From assembly GCA_025358205.1 (NCBI GenBank), contig JANYKG010000033.1:1-32053 (forward strand): a DNA stretch of 32,053 nucleotides, given 5' to 3'. Positions 24,903 to 32,053 of the stretch are shown here, piece by piece. The position numbers and the translations under genes are program-made. Positions within the stretch are counted from its first letter, which is position 1. Each line of letters starts with the position of its first letter. The stretch is from Armatimonadota bacterium (GTDB taxonomy: Bacteria > Armatimonadota > UBA5829 > DTJY01). Below the pieces are notes generated by a model that was given only the letters and a program-made list of their open reading frames with translations, had not been told where the DNA came from and ran no database searches.

Positions 24903-25092
24903 GGTGATAGCAGCAGCGTGTGAATGCAGAGCGATTATGTCCTCTGGTAACTGCAATGCGATAATATCCCCATGACGAAAGGGGTAATCGCAATCACACA
25001 GAATGGAGCGGACGAGGACATCCGTGTTCACATGGAGACGGCCCTGATTGCGTTCAACCAGGGCCGTGGTATTACATATTTGGGATTCAGTG

Positions 25093-26001
25093 TCAGTCAG
25101 GTAGCTCAGTGAGCAGTCGCCCGGCTTCAATGTTATGCGGGTCCATCTGCTTCACCGCCTGAAGCTCACGGGCCGCGAGGTCAACCTTACCTGCTTTGGC
25201 ATAGGCGCCGGCTAGACTGATCCGCGCGGCTTTGAACGACGGGTTTATCTCAACCGCCTTGCGGAACTGACCGATTGCCACGTCCACCATGCCCTGGTTC
25301 AGGTAGCATACACCCAGGTGATGCCGCAGGTCCGCGTACTGCGGGCAGGACGACACCGCGCCGAGGAACTCCTGTGCGGCTTCCTCATACTGACAGCGGT
25401 TCATCAGTTCCAGACCTCGGTTCAGCGCATCACCGGCCTGGTCGGTATCTGTCTCGGCTATCTCTTCCATGAGAAGCAGGCACCTGTCCAGGTCTCCGCT
25501 GTGATACAGTGCAACAGCCTTCGCATACTTGTCGCCGCAGAACACCGGCTCCGCAGAAACACCGTCAGACAGATCACGCATACCGTTCGGATCGCCTTTG
25601 CGTAGACGGCTCATGCCGCGATAGACCAGCGCTCTGGCATAGGTGGGATTGATCTCAAGCGCCTTGTCCAGGTGCGACTGCGACTCGTCGTACCGCCCCT
25701 GCTTGTAACAGGTGATACCCAGGCTGCAGTGCAGGTCGGCGTAGTCGGGATGCATCAGTACCGCGAGTTTCAGTTCCTTCTCGGCTCTGCGAAACATGCT
25801 CATCCGAAGGTGCGACTGGCCCAGGTTGGTGTACGCTTCGCACATGTAGAATGAGGCGAGTTTCCACTCGGGCGAGTTCTCCTCGGCGATGTCTATCACC
25901 TGCTCGAACTCCTCTATGGACTCCGTGTACAGCCCCTGGTCGTACAAGGAGACGCCACGGTTATAATTCTCGAACTTACTCACGTCCATCGCCGCTATCA
26001 T
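25093..26001 (-). CDS. Tetratricopeptide-repeat (TPR) protein.
   Basis: Multiple 34-aa TPR units (for example AIGQFRKAVEINPSFKAARISLAGAYAKAGK). Start is ATG at 26001 with GGAGGT 7 nt upstream. The track's start at 26046 adds 15 aa. Confidence 0.7.
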   Translation of the reverse strand: MIAAMDVSKFENYNRGVSLYDQGLYTESIEEFEQVIDIAEENSPEWKLASFYMCEAYTNLGQSHLRMSMFRRAEKELKLAVLMHPDYADLHCSLGITCYKQGRYDESQSHLDKALEINPTYARALVYRGMSRLRKGDPNGMRDLSDGVSAEPVFCGDKYAKAVALYHSGDLDRCLLLMEEIAETDTDQAGDALNRGLELMNRCQYEEAAQEFLGAVSSCPQYADLRHHLGVCYLNQGMVDVAIGQFRKAVEINPSFKAARISLAGAYAKAGKVDLAARELQAVKQMDPHNIEAGRLLTELPD

Positions 26002-26153
26002 ACCCTTTACCTCCACACAGCCTGCTGGAACACAGCGCGATGCCATGCTCTTGCGATCCGTACTGGTAAGATTATCGGGTAACGAGCGCGCATACTTGAG
26101 GGTAGAGGTGAGAGCATTACACTCGGAAGGAGATGCAGCGATGATGAGCCTGA

Positions 26154-26867
26154 TTATTTCGTTCCGTTGGACAGCTCGAACTTGTATCCCACGCCCCAGA
26201 TCGTGATGATCTTGCAGGGCTGATGCTCAACTTGAACTTTTCGTCGCAATCTTTTCACATGCTGGTCAACAGTTCGTTCGTCGCCGAAGAACTCCTGGTA
26301 TGCCCAAACCTGTTTCAGGAGATCGTCGCGTGAGAAAACTCGGTCACGATTCCGCGCCAAATGCCATAGGAGATCGAACTCCTTGGGGGTCATGTCCACG
26401 CGCTGATCGTTGATCCTGACTTCGCGGGACAAGAGGTTGACGTAGAGGCCGGGGAGATTGAGGATCTGCTGCTCAGGGGCAGGCTGTGAACCACCGCTCC
26501 TCCGAAGAACTGCCTTCACACGCGCAACTAGTTCACGGAGGCTGAAGGGCTTTGTCACATAGTCATCCGCGCCCATCTCCAGGCCGAGCACGCGGTCGAA
26601 CTCGTCGCCTCTGCCCGTGACCATGATTACCGGCAGATTGGTGGAGCGTCTGATCTCGCGAAGGACTTCCATGCCGTCCACTTCGGGGAGCATAACATCG
26701 AGGATCATCAGCGACGGTGCGAACTCTTTGGCCACGCTCAGCGCTTCCCTGCCGTCGTGCGCGCATACCGCGTCAAAACCCGCCATGTCGAGCTGCATCC
26801 GAATCAACTCACACGTTTTTGTGTCGTCATCAACGACGAGAATTTTCTGTTTGGCCACGAGAATCAT
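26154..26867 (-). CDS. OmpR/PhoB-family DNA-binding response regulator (receiver plus winged-helix domain).
   Basis: Receiver motifs KILVVDDD and LMILDVMLPEVDG. C-terminal winged helix (VTKPFSLRELVARVKAVLRR...IITIWGVGYKF). No histidine kinase is adjacent. Confidence 0.85.
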   Translation of the reverse strand: MILVAKQKILVVDDDTKTCELIRMQLDMAGFDAVCAHDGREALSVAKEFAPSLMILDVMLPEVDGMEVLREIRRSTNLPVIMVTGRGDEFDRVLGLEMGADDYVTKPFSLRELVARVKAVLRRSGGSQPAPEQQILNLPGLYVNLLSREVRINDQRVDMTPKEFDLLWHLARNRDRVFSRDDLLKQVWAYQEFFGDERTVDQHVKRLRRKVQVEHQPCKIITIWGVGYKFELSNGTK

Positions 26868-27199
26868 CCTTCAGGACAACACTAAGACTCTATGCAGGAT
26901 AGTAGATACAGCCCGGTCTCTGCAAGGTCTTTGTTGTGTCCAGAAAAAAACGTAAGAACGAACGGAATATGATATCACCCGCCGCAATTCTTCATACCCA
27001 CCTGCAGGTGTAAGGGCAAAGAGGTCGCACGCCACCTGTCAGCATATCGAATCGTCAGCGTAATACACGGCATCAACCGGAATTGCGGCACACTGTCAGC
27101 CGCTCACTACAAGAAAAGTATATGTGCTTTTCACGAATCTGTCAAGAGGATTACAAACACTTTAACAAGTAATTTTGCGGTCTAATGCTGAGCGATTGG

Positions 27200-27841
27200 T
27201 CACTCCCCAGCCGCCTGCAACTCCGCGATGGCTGTCATGATGCGCCGCCCGATCTCCGCCATGCCCTCGCGTGATTCCTTTTGTTCAAAGATGTCATCCA
27301 GGTAGACCGGTTTGCCGAAGACCACTTTCGCGGGATTCCGGTGCAAACGCTTATCACCCACCGGGAGTATCTTATCCGTGCCGAAGATAACCGTCGGAAC
27401 CACTGGACATTTCGCTTTCATGACGATCAGACCTATGCCCATCTCAGGCTCACCGAGCGTGCCGTCCCGACTCCTTGTCCCCTCAGGAAAGATCGCGATC
27501 ACCCAGCCTTCTTCGAGTAGGTCAATAGCTTTCTTGATTGCCCTACGATCCGCAGTTCCTCGGCGCACAGGAAAATTGCCTATGGAGTCCATCCACCAAC
27601 CCACTGGTTTGGGATGCCACAGCTCCGCTTTCGCCATAAATCGCACATGGCGTTTCGTCTTGCTGGACAGCGCAGGAGGGTCTACATGGCTTAGGTGATT
27701 CGACGCCAGAATGACCCCACCCTCAGCAGGGATGTTCTCCTCGCCGACCAGCGTCAGCCCACCAAGGCATCGGAATATTCCCCTTAAGAAGAATAGCGCC
27801 GATCTGTATGGGAATTCACCCAATGGTAACCGTTTCATCAT
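27200..27841 (-). CDS. plsC: 1-acyl-sn-glycerol-3-phosphate acyltransferase.
   Basis: HX4D motif NHLSHVDP and FPEGTRS motif. ATGA overlap with the upstream cmk stop. Confidence 0.8.
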   Translation of the reverse strand: MMKRLPLGEFPYRSALFFLRGIFRCLGGLTLVGEENIPAEGGVILASNHLSHVDPPALSSKTKRHVRFMAKAELWHPKPVGWWMDSIGNFPVRRGTADRRAIKKAIDLLEEGWVIAIFPEGTRSRDGTLGEPEMGIGLIVMKAKCPVVPTVIFGTDKILPVGDKRLHRNPAKVVFGKPVYLDDIFEQKESREGMAEIGRRIMTAIAELQAAGE

Positions 27842-28509
27842 GTCCCGTACTCCTGAGCCAATTCAACAACTCTGCCCACCACCTGCTCGATGCTGAGGTG
27901 GTCCGTATCTATCTCCACTCCGCCAGGCGCCTTGGTGAGCGGACTGTCTGACCGAGTGCTGTCTCTGTGGTCGCGTTCCTGAATATCGAGTTTCAAGCGT
28001 TCGAGATCAGCGTCCATGCCTGACGACTGCATCTCGGTAAATCGGCGTTGAGCGCGTTCGTCAACAGACGCGGTGAGAAATATTTTCACCTCGGCGTTGG
28101 GCAACACCACAGAACCGATGTCCCTGCCCTCCATCACCACGCCGCCCTCACCCGCAAGTCGCCGCTGCTGATCCACCAGCAGCCTGCGGACACCTGAGAT
28201 CGCTGAAACCGGCGACGAAAGCTTCGTCACTTCCGGTGTGCGGATAGCCTTGGAAACGTCCTCGCCGTCAACGAATATTCGCGAGCCGTCCCCTTCCACA
28301 AAGTCTATACACATATCGCCTGTGAGCGCCACGATAGCGGATTTATCGGCAAGCGGAATGCCTTCTTGAACCGACCGCCAGGCGACCGCTCGGTACATAG
28401 CACCGGTATCCACATACTTATAGCCGAGGATACGAGAAACCTCGCGCGCAATGGTCGTCTTCCCAGCGCCCGCCGGTCCGTCAATTGCGATAGAAAGCCT
28501 CTTGCTCAT
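27838..28509 (-). CDS. cmk: Cytidylate (CMP) kinase.
   Basis: IAIDGPAGAGKTTIAREVSRILGYKYVDTGAMYRAVA. True start is ATG at 28509 (MSKRLSIAIDG), overlapping the tyrA stop (ATGA). The track ORF extends spuriously to 28695. Confidence 0.85.
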   Translation of the reverse strand: MSKRLSIAIDGPAGAGKTTIAREVSRILGYKYVDTGAMYRAVAWRSVQEGIPLADKSAIVALTGDMCIDFVEGDGSRIFVDGEDVSKAIRTPEVTKLSSPVSAISGVRRLLVDQQRRLAGEGGVVMEGRDIGSVVLPNAEVKIFLTASVDERAQRRFTEMQSSGMDADLERLKLDIQERDHRDSTRSDSPLTKAPGGVEIDTDHLSIEQVVGRVVELAQEYGT

Positions 28510-29420
28510 GCCTCGTCCTGCCCGACCTTCGGCTTGATGATCTCGTCTCTTGTCTGTTTTGCCGATGCGAACCATTCCTGGAAAGCCTCGCCGTCCTTGG
28601 ACTCCACTAGGCCGACTCCCTGGCTGAGCAACCGCACGAAAGTGTCCGTCGCCGCCCGGATGCCGTCCGCGTTCGTGAGGCAGATATCGCGCCACAACTC
28701 AGGCGAACTGCTCGCCACACGGGTCATGTCGCGGAAGCTCCCGGCGATCAGGTCGAAAACCTGTGGATCGTTCTTGGAATGCTCCTGCGCCAGAGACACC
28801 AACGCCGCCGCTATTAGATGAGGCAGATGACTGATGACCGCCGCACAGCGATCATGCGCTTCCGGGTCCATCACAATCACTCGTGAGCCGATACCTTCCG
28901 CAAGCCCGCGCATTAACGCCAACGCGTCCGCGCTCGTCTGCTCGGTGGGAGTGAGTACGTAGCTGGCGTTCACAAACAGGTCAGATCGCGCGGCTTCCAC
29001 GCCTGCTGCCTCGGATCCCGCCATGGGGTGTCCGCCGACGAAATGAACATCTGGTCGCGAAAGGGTATCAGTGCCTCTACTGATCTCAGCCTTAGTACTC
29101 CCCGCGTCGGTGATAATGCACCCCGGCTTCACGTGGGGCACGATCCGGCTGATGAAGTCCAACTCCATGCCGACAGGCGTAGACACATAGACGAGGTCTG
29201 CGTCGCGCACACCGGCGTCCAGATCGGTAGTCCATGAATCCACCGCGCCGAGTTCCTGCGCCAGTTTCAGACGCTCGGGGTTTCGGCCAACACCCACGAC
29301 AGTGTCCGCCAGGCCGCGCTCCTTCAGAGCCATGCCAAACGACCCGCCGATGAGACCGACGCCTACAATAGCAACGCGCTTAATCTGCAAGTTCACTGAC
29401 TGGACTCCATGCCGGGACAC
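28506..29420 (-). CDS. tyrA: Prephenate (or arogenate) dehydrogenase.
   Basis: NAD-binding motif VAIVGVGLIGGSFG and the TyrA-like catalytic region. The likely start is GTG at 29396 with a GGAG 8 nt upstream. The track's GTG at 29420 is less likely. Confidence 0.8.
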   Translation of the reverse strand: MSRHGVQSVNLQIKRVAIVGVGLIGGSFGMALKERGLADTVVGVGRNPERLKLAQELGAVDSWTTDLDAGVRDADLVYVSTPVGMELDFISRIVPHVKPGCIITDAGSTKAEISRGTDTLSRPDVHFVGGHPMAGSEAAGVEAARSDLFVNASYVLTPTEQTSADALALMRGLAEGIGSRVIVMDPEAHDRCAAVISHLPHLIAAALVSLAQEHSKNDPQVFDLIAGSFRDMTRVASSSPELWRDICLTNADGIRAATDTFVRLLSQGVGLVESKDGEAFQEWFASAKQTRDEIIKPKVGQDEA

Positions 29421-30432
29421 GATTCACGGCTCGAATAATCGGCGCCAATTCCTTCATGAACTGGGCAAAGGTATCCAGTTTCAGCGACTGAGGGCCGTCC
29501 TTGAGCGCCATCTGCGGTTCGGGGTGAACCTCTATCATCAGGCCGTCCGCGCCCGCCGCGATGGCGGCCTTAGCCACAGGTGATACCAGTTGCCACTTGC
29601 CTGTGCCGTGGCTGGGATCGGCGATGATCGGCAGGTGACTCAGCTCCTTCACCGCCGGTATGGCGTTCACGTCAAAAGTGTTTCGGGTAAACGTCTCAAA
29701 AGTGCGTATTCCTCTCTCGCACAGGATGACCTCGTAGTTGCCGCGCGTGGCGATATACTCAGCCGCCTGCAGCCACTCCTCAATGGTCGAAGACATACCG
29801 CGCTTCAGCATCACGGGCTTACGCATGTTGCCAATCTCCGTCAGCAGGCCAAAATTGCTCATATTCCGCGTGCCAACCTGCAGAATGTCGGCGTATTTCG
29901 CCACCATTTCCAGATCGCGAACGTCCAGAATCTCGGTGATGATCGGCATGCCGGTCTCATCCCGTGCCGCCGCCATAATTTTCAGCCCGTCTTCACCCAA
30001 CCCATGGAAGCTGTACGGCGAAGTGCTCGGCTTGAATGCACCGCCGCGAAGGATGGTCGCGCCTGCCTTCTTGCAGAACCTGGCGACTTCCAGCGTCTGA
30101 GACTCGCACTCTATGCAGCACGGCCCCGCCATCACCACAATCTCGTCGCCGCCAATCTTCACGCCTCGCACGTCTATCATAGTGCGGTCTGGATGAAACT
30201 CGCGGCCAACCACCTTGTAGGGCTTGAGGATAGGGACCACTCGCTCCACGCAGGCCAGCGTTTCGATCTGCTGAGCGATCAGCGCTTTGTCCTCGTCCGG
30301 TGCGCCAATCGCCCCGATGATCGTCTTCTCCACGCCGCGCGAAAGGTGGATGCCGTAGCCCCGCCCCTCTAGATTCGCTACTATCTTCTCTACGTCCTGG
30401 TCAGTCGCCTGGGACGAAAGGATGATAATCAT
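29380..30432 (-). CDS. aroF: 3-deoxy-7-phosphoheptulonate (DAHP) synthase, class I-beta, with an N-terminal ACT/ferredoxin-like regulatory domain.
   Basis: KDO8PS/DAHPS-like core ([39 protein letters not shown]) with about 70 extra N-terminal residues. ATGA overlap with the hisC stop. Confidence 0.8.
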   Translation of the reverse strand: MIIILSSQATDQDVEKIVANLEGRGYGIHLSRGVEKTIIGAIGAPDEDKALIAQQIETLACVERVVPILKPYKVVGREFHPDRTMIDVRGVKIGGDEIVVMAGPCCIECESQTLEVARFCKKAGATILRGGAFKPSTSPYSFHGLGEDGLKIMAAARDETGMPIITEILDVRDLEMVAKYADILQVGTRNMSNFGLLTEIGNMRKPVMLKRGMSSTIEEWLQAAEYIATRGNYEVILCERGIRTFETFTRNTFDVNAIPAVKELSHLPIIADPSHGTGKWQLVSPVAKAAIAAGADGLMIEVHPEPQMALKDGPQSLKLDTFAQFMKELAPIIRAVNRVPAWSPVSELAD

Positions 30433-31526
30433 TTCAGAACCTCTTTCAGCGTCTCAATGAACCTGGCGTTCTCCTCCGCTGTGCCGATGGTCACGCGAAT
30501 GAAGTTCGGATACCCGAAGATGTCGCCTGTTCGGATGATGACGCCTCGCTTGAGCATTTCGGTGAAGACCGGTCGGCAGTCCGTCTTGATGTCCAGGAAG
30601 ATGAAGTTCGCTTCCGTCGGCGCATAGGGCAGTCTCATCTTGTCGAACTCCTGGTAGAGGTATTGCTTGCCCTCGGAGTTCACCCGCCTGCTGCGCGAGA
30701 CCTGGTCCGGGTCCCGCAGACTGGCCAACGCGCCCGCCTGAGCGACGCTGTTCACGCAGAACGGCTGGCGGACCTGGTTCAGGCACTCGATCAGTTCGGC
30801 CTTACCGATGGCATACCCTATCCGCAAGCCCGCAAGGCCGTATGCCTTGGAGAACGTGCGCAGGATTATGACGTTCGCTCCGGCTTTCACATAGTCATAG
30901 GTGTTCGGGTAGTCGGGATTCTCGACATACTCATAGTAAGCCTCATCGAACACGACGATGACTCGTTCCGGCAGCCGCGCCATGAACCGCTCGACATCCT
31001 GCTTGGTGACCATCGTGCCGGTCGGGTTATTCGGGTTGGTGACGTAGATCATGCGGGTCTTGTCGGTGATCGCATCCGCCATCGCATCCAGGTCGAACGT
31101 GAAATTCTTGAGCGGAACCATCACGCAGCCGCTGTTGCACAGTGTGGCCGATGTTTCATACTGGCTGAAGGAAGGGTCACCCTGAATGATCTCGTCGCCG
31201 GGCGATAGGAATGTGACGCCGAGGTTGTGGATGATCTCGTCCGAGCCGTTGCCGATGAGCAGTTCGTCTTCCGTGCAGCCCCAGAAGCGCGCAAGTTCCT
31301 GCGTCAGCGTGAAGCACTTGCCGTCCGGGTAGAGGGCGACCTGCTCCAGCGCCTCCTTCATGGCGGCGAGGGCTTTGGGCGATGGGCCGAGCGGATTCTC
31401 GTTCGACGCCATCTTGACGATCGAACACGTGATACCGAACTCGCGCTTGACTTCCTCAATCGGCTTACCCGGCACGTAGGGCTTCAATCTGCAGATATTT
31501 TCGTTGACCAAATCTCGCATCGCCAT
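30429..31526 (-). CDS. hisC: Histidinol-phosphate / aromatic aminotransferase (class II PLP aminotransferase).
   Basis: N-terminal LKPYVPGKPIEEVKREFGI...VKMASNENPLGPSP signature. First gene of the overlapping minus-strand operon. Confidence 0.8.
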   Translation of the reverse strand: MAMRDLVNENICRLKPYVPGKPIEEVKREFGITCSIVKMASNENPLGPSPKALAAMKEALEQVALYPDGKCFTLTQELARFWGCTEDELLIGNGSDEIIHNLGVTFLSPGDEIIQGDPSFSQYETSATLCNSGCVMVPLKNFTFDLDAMADAITDKTRMIYVTNPNNPTGTMVTKQDVERFMARLPERVIVVFDEAYYEYVENPDYPNTYDYVKAGANVIILRTFSKAYGLAGLRIGYAIGKAELIECLNQVRQPFCVNSVAQAGALASLRDPDQVSRSRRVNSEGKQYLYQEFDKMRLPYAPTEANFIFLDIKTDCRPVFTEMLKRGVIIRTGDIFGYPNFIRVTIGTAEENARFIETLKEVLK

Positions 31527-31606
31527 GTCAGATACCTCTCACAACTTTTGCTCAGTTTATCACATTGACGGGGGATTGGACAACTTCCGGGGCAGAAAAT
31601 GGGAGC

Positions 31607-31624
31607 GCGGACGTCCCCGTCCGC
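31607..31624 (-). terminator. Candidate intrinsic terminator for the partial minus-strand gene (7-bp GC stem gcggacg/cgtccgc, 4-nt loop, then TCCCATTTTCT on the minus strand).
   Basis: Read directly from the sequence. The T-tract is interrupted, so confidence is modest. Confidence 0.4.
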
Positions 31625-31631
31625 ATCAAAG

Positions 31632-32053
31632 CTAATACACTACCACATCATCCTGGGTGCGCGGGCGGAGTTGAACGGAAATACCTATCGGTGCTGTCAG
31701 CGGTGCACAAATACCGGTCACGCGGACAAAGTCACCCATACCAGGTGCTGTGATCGTGTTTCCGGTTGCCAAGCCGTTGATCTGCACACGCACGCCGGTC
31801 CTGGTCGTGCCGCCTATCACTATGCCGTCGGACATAGCGGAACCATCGTCAACGTAGAAGAACCGCTTGGTGGTGGCAGTATCAACATAGGTCACCTTTC
31901 CAGCCGTCGTCACCAGCAGCCCCACATTGTTCACCCCTACTCCACCGGTGTAGCGCACGTCTGTTCCCACACCACCAAGAGTCAGGTTCGGCATGTAATA
32001 CGGACGCAGGTTGACTGAACCCGGAAACCGCATGACCACCTCCGGGTAATCTA
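31632..32053 (-). CDS. Hypothetical Gly/Thr/Val-rich (probably beta-rich, secreted) protein, partial. The N-terminus lies beyond the window end.
   Basis: Track ORF 31632-32039 with stop TAG at 31632-31634. The frame stays open to the window edge. Confidence 0.45.
   Translation of the reverse strand, partial: DYPEVVMRFPGSVNLRPYYMPNLTLGGVGTDVRYTGGVGVNNVGLLVTTAGKVTYVDTATTKRFFYVDDGSAMSDGIVIGGTTRTGVRVQINGLATGNTITAPGMGDFVRVTGICAPLTAPIGISVQLRPRTQDDVVVY

Noticed and set aside
24855-25130. 91-aa minus-strand ORF between the TPR and secreted-protein genes.
   Set aside because: It overlaps the TPR gene's 3' end and the well-defined TTGACC-N17-TATAAT promoter region. It has no RBS and is likely spurious.
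1-32053. tRNA, rRNA, integrase/transposase, toxin-antitoxin or restriction-modification genes.
   Set aside because: None were seen. No intergenic segment shows a cloverleaf-like arm arrangement or rRNA-like conservation. No ORF carries recombinase, methyltransferase-plus-nuclease or classical TA signatures. The only methyltransferase is an OMT-type small-molecule enzyme.

Overview
High-GC bacterial chromosomal window of about 32 kb, mostly housekeeping genes with canonical sigma70-type promoters (TTGACC-N17-TATAAT found at 24874-24902, minus strand). No tRNA, rRNA, CRISPR array or recognisable mobility gene was seen.

Gene content, left to right:
- 1-2614: two translationally coupled lipoprotein genes on the minus strand.
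- 2615-3023: a repeat- and palindrome-rich divergent intergenic region.
- 3024-4238: a URO-D/MtaA-family gene.
- 4273-6614: an AT-richer (by eye) block of four uncharacterised genes, arranged as two divergent bicistrons: a small protein plus an NDT/TIR-like Rossmannoid protein, and a 2TM membrane protein plus a small disordered ORF. No mobility gene is present. This is the best candidate for an undescribed conflict/defence-type system.
- 6906-7883: an O-methyltransferase.
- 8145-9500: a phosphohexomutase on an essentially leaderless transcript.
- 9635-11446: an ECF sigma factor and its zinc-finger anti-sigma factor.
- 11585-13528: a DinG/XPD-like FeS helicase.
- 13788-15665: an unusually long GHMP sugar kinase.
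- 15816-17540: a membrane PAS-HATPase sensor protein.
- 17866-18678: a pentapeptide-repeat protein.
- 18759-19673: an NmrA-like oxidoreductase.
- 19803-21890: a 696-aa SPFH/flotillin protein.
- 21976-22836: a secreted GDPD phosphodiesterase.
- 23240-23542: a small zinc-ribbon membrane protein.
- 23680-24837: a Met-rich secreted protein.
- 25093-26001: a TPR protein.
- 26154-26867: an orphan OmpR-type response regulator.
- 27200-31526: a tightly overlapping minus-strand operon hisC-aroF-tyrA-cmk-plsC.
- 31632-32053: a partial gene running off the window.

Non-genic signals the gene list does not explain:
- Two near-identical 27-bp palindromes (ATTCACG-N5-CGTGAAT core) sit upstream of two unlinked genes.
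- TTCACGAA-like half-sites are scattered in other intergenic regions.
- A family of GG-spaced heptamer tandem repeats (ATGGYYR / GGTGYTA) forms imperfect long hairpins immediately downstream of stop codons at four loci. One of these is an inverted-repeat-bounded element of about 200 bp (2783-2982).
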